Positions 35,143 to 43,881 of a stretch of 64,000 nucleotides of DNA are shown here, one piece after another. The DNA is from an uncultured bacterium (GTDB lineage Bacteria > Armatimonadota > Hebobacteria > Hebobacterales > Hebobacteraceae): the NCBI GenBank assembly GCA_964559435.1, contig CAZLHI010000001.1:103168-167167 (forward strand), given 5' to 3'. The position numbers and the translations under genes are program-made. Position 1 is the stretch's first letter, and each line of letters begins with the position of its first letter. The notes under the pieces were generated by a model. It made no database searches. It was not told where the DNA came from and saw nothing but the letters and a program-made list of their open reading frames with translations.

Positions 35143-36051
35143 TCACCTCCCCTTACGCCGAAGGCGCTTCCGCAGCCAGCTGCGCATGGCCATTCCGTGT
35201 TCTGGATCTGCAAGGCTGAGCTCGGCGAAGGCCTGGTAGTAGCTCAGGAAGTTCCCTATATCCAGGCGGTGCTCGCCCTTGCGCAATCGCACACACAGGA
35301 CCTCGTGTCCCTCGCCAAGCAAGAGGCGCAGCGCGTCGGTGAGCCAGAGTTCCCCGCCGACCCCAGGCTTGATCCTGCGTATCGCGTCGAATATGGATGG
35401 TTCAAGGACGTACCGCCCCGCGGCCGCGAGGTTACTTGGCGCTTTGCTCGGGGAGGGTTTCTCGATGAGCCCACGGATCGCAAACACACTGCCCGCGCTT
35501 TCCTTGGGCGCTACGATCCCGTACCGATTGACCGCCTCGCGGGGCACTTCCTCGACGGCAATGGTGGCCGCCGGCCGCCGCTCGCTGTGTACGTCAACCA
35601 TTCGCTCCAGCACGGGCCTCTGCGAGCGTGAAACCAGAATCGAGTCCCCGAGCGCCACTACAAAGGGCTGTCCGCCCGCAAATGGCTCCGCAATGGCCAC
35701 CGCGTCCGCCAGGCCCCGCGGATGACTCTGACGGGCATGAAAGAAGCTGAGGTCCATCCAGGGCTGATGCTCCTCCTCGTTCAGCGACGCGTCGCGGTCC
35801 AGATGATCCTCTATCGCACGCTTGCCCTGGCCGGAGATCAGCAGCACCTCCTGCAGCCCACAGGCGGCCAGCTCCTCGACGACGTGTTGTATGGTGGGCC
35901 TGCGGCCGACGGGCAGCATCTCCTTCGGCTGCGATCGAGTCGCGGGCATCAAGCGCGTCCCTCTCCCGGCAGCCGGCACGACTGCCTTCGTAATCGACAC
36001 GTGTTGGCGCGATGCGGCTATCCGCGTAGGTCGCGATCTCTTGCCGGTCAA
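35143..36051 (-). CDS. galU: UTP--glucose-1-phosphate uridylyltransferase
   Basis: KAVVPAAGRGTRLMPATRSQPKEMLPV signature. The TTG at 36051 abuts the upstream stop; an alternative GTG lies at 36000. Confidence 0.88.
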   Translation of the reverse strand: MTGKRSRPTRIAASRQHVSITKAVVPAAGRGTRLMPATRSQPKEMLPVGRRPTIQHVVEELAACGLQEVLLISGQGKRAIEDHLDRDASLNEEEHQPWMDLSFFHARQSHPRGLADAVAIAEPFAGGQPFVVALGDSILVSRSQRPVLERMVDVHSERRPAATIAVEEVPREAVNRYGIVAPKESAGSVFAIRGLIEKPSPSKAPSNLAAAGRYVLEPSIFDAIRRIKPGVGGELWLTDALRLLLGEGHEVLCVRLRKGEHRLDIGNFLSYYQAFAELSLADPEHGMAMRSWLRKRLRRKGR

Positions 36052-37059
36052 CTAGAAAGCTCCTATGGACCGATAGCGATATCCCTGCTCTTGGTACGCC
36101 CTCGAAAGCGCTTCTTCGGAACGGCTATCGCCCAGCAGAATCAGCGCAGCCCCACTCGATCCCGGCAGTTTCGCCGCCAGCCCCTGCTCCCGAGCGATCT
36201 CGACGAGCCGTATGTTATGGGCTCCGAGCGCTGCGTCGCCGAACAGCTTCCTCCGCAGCTCGAAGTTGCGGTTGATGAGCCGGGCGAGGCTCTTCTGATC
36301 CCCTCCACTGAGCGCTTTCTTGCCGAGCAGCGCGCACCGCGCGATCCCGGCCATGCTTTTCCTGACCTCTCGGTCGCCCCGCTCCCAGCGGTATCTCACC
36401 TCCGAGTGCACCCTTCCCGACTCGAGCGTTCCGAACTGGTCCTCTGCGAGGTATGCGAGCCCAAAGCGCGGCAGCGAGCGGGAACTCAGCCTCGTGTACT
36501 TCCCCTTGCCGGCGGAGAAATCCATATAGGCCAGGCCGCCATAGCTCTGCACGACTCGATCCTGCAGGCCGGCGGCAATGCCCAGCTCCTTTGTCTCCAC
36601 GCTGAGGGCGAGCTCCGCGAGTTGGCGTGCCAGCACCTTGCGCTCCGGCACGCGGTGGAACTTCAGCAGCGCCCGCAGGGTGGCGATGATCATGGCGCTG
36701 GACCCGCCGAGGCCGGACTGGCGAGGTATGCTCGTCTCGTACTCTATCGTAAAGTTCGCGCGTCGCAGCTTGATGCTGCGCTCGCGCGCATACTCGACGA
36801 ACCGCTTGCAGGCAGCAAACACAACGCGCTGCATCCCATAGTAGCCGTGTCGCTCGACAGAGTTGACGAGGTCCAGTAGATTGGCGAACTCGGTTCGGTC
36901 ATGCTCGGGATGCGGCCGCAGCGTCACGGAGGGGCTCTCCCATAGTCGCACGCGCGCGCAGAAATCCCGAATCAGAAAGGAGATGACTTTCCCTCCATAC
37001 ATGTCAGAAGGGTTCCCCAGGAGGCCCGCCCTCGCGTGCACCTCCGTACGGATGATCAT
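36052..37059 (-). CDS. GHMP-family sugar kinase
   Basis: ATG at 37059 is preceded by GGAGGAGG. GHMP motif PRQSGLGGSSAMIIATL. The ORF-track N-terminal extension overlaps the upstream gene. Confidence 0.8.
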   Translation of the reverse strand: MIIRTEVHARAGLLGNPSDMYGGKVISFLIRDFCARVRLWESPSVTLRPHPEHDRTEFANLLDLVNSVERHGYYGMQRVVFAACKRFVEYARERSIKLRRANFTIEYETSIPRQSGLGGSSAMIIATLRALLKFHRVPERKVLARQLAELALSVETKELGIAAGLQDRVVQSYGGLAYMDFSAGKGKYTRLSSRSLPRFGLAYLAEDQFGTLESGRVHSEVRYRWERGDREVRKSMAGIARCALLGKKALSGGDQKSLARLINRNFELRRKLFGDAALGAHNIRLVEIAREQGLAAKLPGSSGAALILLGDSRSEEALSRAYQEQGYRYRSIGAF

Positions 37060-37075
37060 CCCGGCGCCTCCTCCG

Positions 37076-37843
37076 TCACGTCGGCTCCGATTGCGAGACG
37101 CGGGGCAGGAAGCGTTTCTCCCCTCGTTGCCGCGACTCGGCCACCACGCGATTCGCCTCGAAGAGGCTGTCGAACGACCCACAATCCAGCCAAAGCCCGT
37201 CGAGTTCGCACCATGTCATCAGGTTGTCCTGAATGTAGCAGTTATTGACGGAGGTTATCTCGAGTTCCCCGCGGGCGGACGGCTTTGCCTGGCGTATGTA
37301 GCCAAACGCGCGCTCGTCGTAGATGTAGAAGCCCGTGACTGCGTAGTTGCTCTTCGGCTCCCGTGGCTTCTCCTCGATAGCGACGACGCGCGCAGGGTCC
37401 CCTGGATCGAACACGGCCACGCCGTAGTCCCGCGGGTCGGGCACGTCCTTGAGGAAGAGATGGGCGCCCTGCTCAAAGCTTCCGACCGCGGGCCCCAAAT
37501 CGGCATCTGTGAAGTTGTCCCCTAGGACGACCGTGATCGGCTCCCCGTCAGCGAAGTCCTCGGCCACGCTCAGGGCATCGGCAATGCCTCCCTCTCCCTC
37601 CTGGTAGCCGTACTCCAGGCGCCTGATGCCCAGGTCTTTCCCTGTGCCGAGCACCCGCAGGAAGTCCCCAGCGTGCGGCCCACCGGTGACGATCAGGATG
37701 TGATCGATGCCTGCACGCAGCAAGTTGTCTATGGCATAATGCACCATGCACCGATCATACACCGGCAGCAGGTGCTTGTTCGTCGCCTTCGTGAGCGGAA
37801 ACAGCCGGCTCCCCAGGCCCCCCGCGAGGATTACCCCCTTCAC
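37076..37843 (-). CDS. rfbA: Sugar-1-phosphate nucleotidyltransferase, short RmlA-like (glucose-1-phosphate thymidylyltransferase-like)
   Basis: MKGVILAGGLGSRLFPLTKATNKHLLPV N-terminus. About 255 aa, short-type RmlA. rfbB is nearby. Confidence 0.8.
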   Translation of the reverse strand: MKGVILAGGLGSRLFPLTKATNKHLLPVYDRCMVHYAIDNLLRAGIDHILIVTGGPHAGDFLRVLGTGKDLGIRRLEYGYQEGEGGIADALSVAEDFADGEPITVVLGDNFTDADLGPAVGSFEQGAHLFLKDVPDPRDYGVAVFDPGDPARVVAIEEKPREPKSNYAVTGFYIYDERAFGYIRQAKPSARGELEITSVNNCYIQDNLMTWCELDGLWLDCGSFDSLFEANRVVAESRQRGEKRFLPRVSQSEPT

Positions 37844-37982
37844 TGCTGAGCCTCCTATCGCGCGCGTCCGTCGTGACTCACACCGCGACTTCTGCGAGTG
37901 CCGATGGCAGTCCTTCCGCGGCCGCCCAGAGGGGAAGTGCCTTGCCCCGGTGAAGCGAAGTCAGCGGCGGCGGAGCAGGCCG

Positions 37983-38861
37983 GTGAGCGAGCGAGCATGC
38001 AACAGAGTTGACGTTTGCATCGTGGCTTGGCGCACGCGCGACTTCCTCCGGAGGTGCCTTCCTTCGGTCGTCGGCTGTTCGGAGGTGTCGCACATCGTCG
38101 TTGTCGACAACGCGTCCCAAGACGGCACCGTCGAGATGGTAACCAGCGAGTTCCCGAGCGTCGAACTGATTCCCAACACCGAGAACATCGGTTTTGCGGC
38201 CGCCAACAACCAGGCAATTCGCGCCGGCCGATCCCCCATCGTCCTCCTGCTGAACCCCGACACGGAGGTTCGCCCTGGTGCAGTTCGGACGCTCACAGAC
38301 GTCTTTCAGGAGGACCGCCGGATCGGGGCAGTGGCCGCGCAGCTTCTCCTTCCCGATGGCTCGATCCAGCGCTCGTGCCGGAGTTTCCCAGAGCCTGCGC
38401 CGCTTCTCCTCGACGCTCTAGGCCTGTCTCGGCTGTTCCCGCGCAGCGAGACGTTCGGCCGCTACCGGATGACCTATTGGGACCACGACTCGCGCCGCGA
38501 GGTCGACCAGCCCATGGCCTCGGCGCTTGCCCTGCGTCGAGCGGCGCTGGACGACGTCGGCCTCTTCGATGAGGCCTTCCCGCTCTTCTTCAACGATGTT
38601 GACCTCTGCTACCGTCTGCGGCAAGCGGGGTGGAGAGTCGTCTTTGAACCGCGGGCGAAGGTGGTGCACTATCACGGCCAAAGCACGTCACAGGTGAGGG
38701 CTTCGGCGGTGATCGATTCACACCGCGGGCTCATCCGCTTCTACCGCAAGCACTACCGAGGCGGAGTCGGTTGGGCCGGCTACTGGGCCGTAGTTGCGGG
38801 CGCTTGGTTGTCGATCTACCCGAGGGCCGCTATGTCCTGGCTCGCACGGCTCTTCAGGTAG
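37983..38861 (+). CDS. Family 2 glycosyltransferase
   Basis: VCIVAWRTRDFLRRCL...HIVVVDNASQDGT...LNPDTEV (GT2 DxD region). Start is assigned to the GTG at 37983, 7 nt after GGAG. The upstream part of the ORF-track entry overlaps rfbA on the other strand. Confidence 0.8.
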   Translation: MSERACNRVDVCIVAWRTRDFLRRCLPSVVGCSEVSHIVVVDNASQDGTVEMVTSEFPSVELIPNTENIGFAAANNQAIRAGRSPIVLLLNPDTEVRPGAVRTLTDVFQEDRRIGAVAAQLLLPDGSIQRSCRSFPEPAPLLLDALGLSRLFPRSETFGRYRMTYWDHDSRREVDQPMASALALRRAALDDVGLFDEAFPLFFNDVDLCYRLRQAGWRVVFEPRAKVVHYHGQSTSQVRASAVIDSHRGLIRFYRKHYRGGVGWAGYWAVVAGAWLSIYPRAAMSWLARLFR

Positions 38862-40839
38862 CGGCAACCGCCTGGACGGCTCGGCGAAGCTCGTCGGCAT
38901 CAAGCCCATACGCCTGTCCGACGCACTCGTCGATCTCAAGCAGGAGACGCTCGCGCTGCGATGCGTCTCGCGCATCAAGAGCGCGTGCGGCCAGCTTGCC
39001 AAGTCGCTCGGTTTCTGCGATGGGCGGCAGGGGTACCACCTTGAGCTTGCTCACTTTCACCTGCGCGAACGGCCGACCGGTTTCTGGCGTTACGGCCCGA
39101 TAGAGAACGGCGAAGGGGCTCGAGTTCAGCACCCCTGCCAGCCACAGAAGGCTGCTTTTGTCACCCGCGGTAACGGCGATCACGCTGCGGCCGAACCATG
39201 CTCCTCGCCGGTCGACAGTGGCCACGGGGCGGTCGCCCGTCTGCCTCAGCAGGATCTTCGGGGCCCGCCGGTAGATGGCTTCTCGAACGGAGACCCGGCC
39301 CCGGGTCCCAACTCGTTCCTGCCAGTCGTGGCGAAGCCATGCCGAGCGGCCGACCTGGGTGAGCGCGCCGAAGTCGCGCCCCCGCGTGACTGGTATGTCC
39401 GATCTGTGCCGCCGACGGCCTGAGTACAAGATAGCGCGACCAGCTTCGGCTCGCGAGTAGTTGATGCCCACGTCGCGAACAGTGAAGGTCTCGGCCATGT
39501 CGCCAAGCGAACGCAGCCGCCGCGTCAATCGTGCAAGCATCGCTCGCTGCCACGTCGGCGGCAGCACGAATCCTGCGTGCGGCGTCTCAAGCAGTGCATC
39601 TCCAGGCGCAAGCCAGCCGCGCTCGCCAATATGCACCGCCAAGTTCGTTCGCCTCTCGCGACGAAGATCGGAGATTGGGAACTGGGCGGGCGCAATCGCC
39701 TTGCCGACCAGGCAGAGCGCGCACGAGGGCGCGGTTGCCCCGGCGAACACGCGGTCTCCGAGCAGAACGACGCGCAACGGCCGGAACCGCTCGAGCATGG
39801 CCCGCCGGAGACCCTCGTAGCGGACCTGCCACAAGACAGTATCTGGCAGCAGCATCCCGATGCCGCCGTCCTCTCGCGCTAGGTCAGCCGCAAGCTGAAG
39901 GAAGAACAGGTAGCTGTCTCGATGGCCGCGCAGAGCGCCGGGCGCCCGGCCGGCCAGCGTCTCCACTCGCCCAGGCGCAAGCCTCACGCCCCAAGGCGGG
40001 TTGCCGACCACGAGATCGAAACTGGCGCTGCTCCTGCTCCCCGCGAGAGCATCGCGCAGGCACACATGCTCCGCCGGCATCGGTGCGGGGCGCCCCGGGC
40101 GCGAAGCCGAGAGCCAAACGGCGAGGCGGCAGGCCTCGGCCGCCAGCGGATTCGTCTCCACTGCAAACACACAACTCCGGGCCGCCTCTCGACGCGCGGA
40201 GTTCTCCTCCGGCCCCTCGCCGGCCGCCGTCGCGAGTGCCTCCACGGCGGCGACGGCGAAGGCGCCGGCTCCTGCTGCTGGGTCGACCACCCTAAGGGAC
40301 AGCGCGGCGCTCGGCTTGAGATGCCGGCCGGTCAGGACGCCTCGTATCACACTGTGAGCAACGAAGTCGGCAGCCCAGGGCGGCGTGTAGTAACTGCCGC
40401 TCTTCCGCCGATTGCCTCCCCGGTTCGAAAGACGTTCGCAGAGCCGCCCGAGCCGCTCGGCCGCCTCTAGACGGCCTTTGCTGCCCTCCGCAGACTGTAG
40501 AGCGGTCCGTGCCGCCCACGTGACGGGGCCCTCAGGTGTTTGCGGCCAATCCAGGTCTTCCAGTCCCAGCCCACTGCGGGCGACATGGAAGGCCGCTGCG
40601 ACCTCGCCTGCCGCCTGAGGCAGGCCGGAGCCATCGTGGATGCGGGAGACAAGGCGCAGAACGTTGCGCGCAAGCGCGGGCGGCAGGAGATCGAGACGGG
40701 CTGCCTCGATGAGGAAGTGAAAGCGAAGCGCCAGAGCAGAACGCTGCGAGTACCCCGTGCCGGGCCCCCTCACCGCTGATCGTACTGTCGCCGGTAGAAC
40801 TCTCGATACCGCTCGCCCGACTTGATGGGCTCCCACCAC
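38854..40839 (-). CDS. N6-adenine DNA methyltransferase (gamma class, Eco57I/TaqI-like, with a C-terminal target-recognition domain); no partner nuclease in the window
   Basis: GSYYTPPWAADFV (motif X), VVDPAAGAGAF (motif I), VVGNPPWG (motif IV, NPPW). The roughly 250-aa C-terminus is TaqI_C-like. The only in-frame starts are tandem GTGs at 40839/40836, which gives a 70-nt overlap with rfbB. Confidence 0.85.
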   Translation of the reverse strand: MVGAHQVGRAVSRVLPATVRSAVRGPGTGYSQRSALALRFHFLIEAARLDLLPPALARNVLRLVSRIHDGSGLPQAAGEVAAAFHVARSGLGLEDLDWPQTPEGPVTWAARTALQSAEGSKGRLEAAERLGRLCERLSNRGGNRRKSGSYYTPPWAADFVAHSVIRGVLTGRHLKPSAALSLRVVDPAAGAGAFAVAAVEALATAAGEGPEENSARREAARSCVFAVETNPLAAEACRLAVWLSASRPGRPAPMPAEHVCLRDALAGSRSSASFDLVVGNPPWGVRLAPGRVETLAGRAPGALRGHRDSYLFFLQLAADLAREDGGIGMLLPDTVLWQVRYEGLRRAMLERFRPLRVVLLGDRVFAGATAPSCALCLVGKAIAPAQFPISDLRRERRTNLAVHIGERGWLAPGDALLETPHAGFVLPPTWQRAMLARLTRRLRSLGDMAETFTVRDVGINYSRAEAGRAILYSGRRRHRSDIPVTRGRDFGALTQVGRSAWLRHDWQERVGTRGRVSVREAIYRRAPKILLRQTGDRPVATVDRRGAWFGRSVIAVTAGDKSSLLWLAGVLNSSPFAVLYRAVTPETGRPFAQVKVSKLKVVPLPPIAETERLGKLAARALDARDASQRERLLLEIDECVGQAYGLDADELRRAVQAVAAT

Positions 40840-41771
40840 CAGCGATTGTCTGTATACCAGCGCACCGTCGCACGCAGCGCTTGAGTCGCGTCGTACCGCG
40901 GCTCCCAGCCCAGCGATCTCAGCTTGGTGGAGTCAACCGCGTATCTGCGGTCATGCCCGGGCCGATCCTTGACGTGCTCGATGAGGGACTCGGGCTTGCC
41001 GATCTCCGCCAGCAGGAAGCGCGCCATGTCGAAGTTCCGCATCTCGTTGCCCGCGCCGATGTTGTAGACCTCCCCCGGCTTGCCCTTTTCGAGGGCGAGC
41101 AGTATCCCGCGGCAGTGATCCTCGACATAGGTGTAGTCCCGCACCTGCAGGCCGTCACCATAGAGGGGCAAAGCAGTATCCTCGAGTGCGTTTGTCACGA
41201 AGAGAGGCACGACCTTCTCCGGGTACTGATAAGGGCCGATATTGTTCGCCCCGCGGGTGATGACCACGGGGGTGCCATATGTGCTCCAGTAGGAGAGGCA
41301 TAGCATGTCGCCTCCCGCCTTGCTAGCTGAGTATGGGCTGCTTGGCCGAGCCGGGTAGCTCTCGTCGGCCGCGCCCTCGGAGATACTCCCATATACCTCA
41401 TCGGTGCTGACCTGGAGCAGCCTTGCGGCTTTGCCCTCCCGCACGGCCTCCAATAGGACGAAGGTTCCTTCCATGTCCGTCTTAAGGAACCCCATCGGCT
41501 CCACGATCGATCGATCGACATGGGTCTCGGCTGCGAAGTTGACGATTGCGTCACACCCGGCCGCGGCCTCTGCGACGACGCCTGCGTCGCATATGTCGCC
41601 TCTGACGAACGAATAGCGCGCGTCGTCCTCGACATCTCTGAGGTTCTCCAAGTTGCCGGCATAGGTGAGCTTGTCGAGGTTCACGACTTGCCAGTCGGGG
41701 CGCTCGGCCAGCACCAGATGGATGAAGTTGCTGCCTATGAAGCCCGCGCCGCCAGTCACGAGAAGCTTCAC
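40770..41771 (-). CDS. rfbB: dTDP-glucose 4,6-dehydratase
   Basis: LVTGGAGFIGSN Rossmann motif, YSASKAG (YxxxK), full-length RmlB-like sequence. Confidence 0.92.
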   Translation of the reverse strand: MKLLVTGGAGFIGSNFIHLVLAERPDWQVVNLDKLTYAGNLENLRDVEDDARYSFVRGDICDAGVVAEAAAGCDAIVNFAAETHVDRSIVEPMGFLKTDMEGTFVLLEAVREGKAARLLQVSTDEVYGSISEGAADESYPARPSSPYSASKAGGDMLCLSYWSTYGTPVVITRGANNIGPYQYPEKVVPLFVTNALEDTALPLYGDGLQVRDYTYVEDHCRGILLALEKGKPGEVYNIGAGNEMRNFDMARFLLAEIGKPESLIEHVKDRPGHDRRYAVDSTKLRSLGWEPRYDATQALRATVRWYTDNRWWWEPIKSGERYREFYRRQYDQR

Positions 41772-42598
41772 GGCGACCTCCCAGGAGGCTTAGTACGCGC
41801 CCTCGCCAAGACGAGTTCGGCATCGCTATCGAATCCTCCGAGTCCGTCGGCCAGGAACTCGCTCGCAAGGCGCCATCCGAGATAGACCCCCGCGCGACCC
41901 GGCCACTCGGCCTTCTCGGGAAAACCGTAGAGCAGCTTCCCAGATATCTCGGGCTCCTCTGAGCCAAGATGAGGACTGATGTGTCGCCAAAGCTCGCCTT
42001 CGTAGTCACGAAGCGCCGCGGCTTGTCCCGGCTGCATGAGCAGGTGCTCGGCCTGAGAACGCTCGGGAAACGCGTGCGCGGACAGCTCCACCGCGAATCC
42101 CTCTTCTACAAGGCGATCACCGAGGGTCCTCGACTTGCTCAGCCTCCGGCGGTAGCAGTGAGCGTACTCATGCGCCACGAGCACAGGTATCAACCGTGAA
42201 CTCGTCAGACGCTCCATGCCGATCCCAATCGCCCACTCCCCCTCAACGATGAACGCAAATCCGTCTGGGCTGAAGAAACCGACGAGGAAGTAGACTTCGG
42301 GCTCCGGGCGGAGAGAGACCACTTCTTGGCAGCGCTCCAGCGAGTCTCTCGCCATCCCCTGCACGTCGTCCTCGGCGATGACCTGATGCAGCACCTCATA
42401 CTCCTGAGGCCGCACCCGCCGCACGCGGTCCACCCAGGTGGCCGCGGGCAGCCCGAGGCACTGCTCCCACCAGGCCTCCAGCACAGAGCGATTTGGGGTC
42501 AGGTAATACTTGCAGTAGAGGTCCCAGGCCTCGCCTTCGCCCGCTGCGAGCGCGTGTATGAACCGAAGGAAATCCTCGTAGAGCAGGTGCACGCTCAC
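41768..42598 (-). CDS. Predicted zinc metalloprotease (HEXXH; DUF2268-like)
   Basis: GTG at 42598 overlaps the hflX stop (GTGA). VLVAHEYAHCY HEXXH motif. The upstream 100 codons in the ORF track are an alternative frame of hflX. Confidence 0.6.
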   Translation of the reverse strand: MSVHLLYEDFLRFIHALAAGEGEAWDLYCKYYLTPNRSVLEAWWEQCLGLPAATWVDRVRRVRPQEYEVLHQVIAEDDVQGMARDSLERCQEVVSLRPEPEVYFLVGFFSPDGFAFIVEGEWAIGIGMERLTSSRLIPVLVAHEYAHCYRRRLSKSRTLGDRLVEEGFAVELSAHAFPERSQAEHLLMQPGQAAALRDYEGELWRHISPHLGSEEPEISGKLLYGFPEKAEWPGRAGVYLGWRLASEFLADGLGGFDSDAELVLARARTKPPGRSP

Positions 42599-43881
42599 CA
42601 CTCTTCCCCCTTCGCCGTCCGAAGTCCGGCCGCCCTGCGCAACCGCTGCGCAACATCCGCCGGCACCCGCGCGCTCAGCGAGACGCCTTCTTCCCGGAAA
42701 TCCTCGGACAGCACCCGCCCGCGCTCGTGTGCCTCCGAGACCAGATCCTGAGCCGACCAGGGGACAGTCACCTCGACCGGGATGAGTTCCTGCTCCAGTC
42801 GCTCGCCGATGAGGCGGAGCAGTTCTCCGAGGCCTTCTCCGGTCAGTGCGGAAACGGCCGCCGCGTGCTCCTCTCGCGCGACAAGCTCGGCCAGCCAACC
42901 GCGGTCTGCCATCAGGTCACACTTGTTGAGAGCCATGACAGTAGGCTTGTCGGCGCATCCTAGTTCGGCCAGAACGCGCCGAGCTGCCTCGACCTGCTCC
43001 CGCATCTGCGGGTGGCTCGCGTCGACGACGTGGACCAGAACATCCGCCTCCACGACCTCTTCCAGCGTGGCATGGAAGGCCGCGACGAGCTGATGCGGCA
43101 GGTTGCGTATGAAGCCGACCGTGTCGGCCAGCAGGAAGTTACGGCCCTCCGCCAGCTCGACCCTCCTGATCGTCGGATCGAGCGTGGCGAACAGCAGGTC
43201 CTCAACGAAGACGGTGGCTCCGGAGAGTGCGTTGAGGAGGCTCGACTTGCCCGCGTTCGTGTACCCGACGAGCGCCACGATCGGCATGCCCGCCTCTCGC
43301 CTGTGCCGGCGCTCGATAGTCCGCCGCTTCTCGATCTGCTCGACCCGCTTCTTCAACACCCCGAGGCGCTTGCGGAGACGCCGCCGGTCAACTTCGAGCT
43401 TTGTCTCGCCCGGCCCTCTCGTGCCGATCCCGCCGCCGAGTCTGGACAGCTCCGTGCCCCTTCCCGTCAGGCGAGGAAGCAGGTAATTGAGCTGTGCCAA
43501 CTCAACCTGAATCTTCCCCTCCGCACTGCGGGCGCGCTGCGCGAAGATGTCGAGGATGAGAGCGGTCCTGTCGAGCACGCCCATATTCGTCCCGTCTTCC
43601 AAGTTGCGCTGTTGGCTTGGCTTGAGCTCGCCGTCCACCAGCAGCACGTCTGCGCGGACCTCGCCCTTGATCTGCCCTATCTCCTGAGCTTTGCCCTTGC
43701 CGACGAAGGAGACCGGGGCCGGCCGATCGCGCTTCTGAGTGACCGTACCCACAACCTCGACCCCAGCTGTTTCCGCCAGGCGCGCAAGCTCTTGCAGGGA
43801 TTCCTCCCAGCCTGCACCTGGACGCTCCAACGCCAGCAGCAGCGCCCGCTGCTCGGGCCTCGGGTCTACGACAACCGTCAT
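42595..43881 (-). CDS. hflX: Ribosome-associated GTPase HflX
   Basis: G1 GYTNAGKSSL, G3 DTVGF, G4 NKCD, and an HflX N-terminal domain. Confidence 0.93.
   Translation of the reverse strand: MTVVVDPRPEQRALLLALERPGAGWEESLQELARLAETAGVEVVGTVTQKRDRPAPVSFVGKGKAQEIGQIKGEVRADVLLVDGELKPSQQRNLEDGTNMGVLDRTALILDIFAQRARSAEGKIQVELAQLNYLLPRLTGRGTELSRLGGGIGTRGPGETKLEVDRRRLRKRLGVLKKRVEQIEKRRTIERRHRREAGMPIVALVGYTNAGKSSLLNALSGATVFVEDLLFATLDPTIRRVELAEGRNFLLADTVGFIRNLPHQLVAAFHATLEEVVEADVLVHVVDASHPQMREQVEAARRVLAELGCADKPTVMALNKCDLMADRGWLAELVAREEHAAAVSALTGEGLGELLRLIGERLEQELIPVEVTVPWSAQDLVSEAHERGRVLSEDFREEGVSLSARVPADVAQRLRRAAGLRTAKGEEW

Noticed and set aside
35722-36879. A 385-aa plus-strand ORF antisense to the GHMP kinase and galU. 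Similar shadow ORFs occur at 15620-16567, 16191-17120, 19676-20497, 43012-43974, 43983-45458 and 60311-61351.
   Set aside because: Each overlaps a confidently identified gene on the other strand and shows the biased composition of antisense frames. None has a start context or motif.
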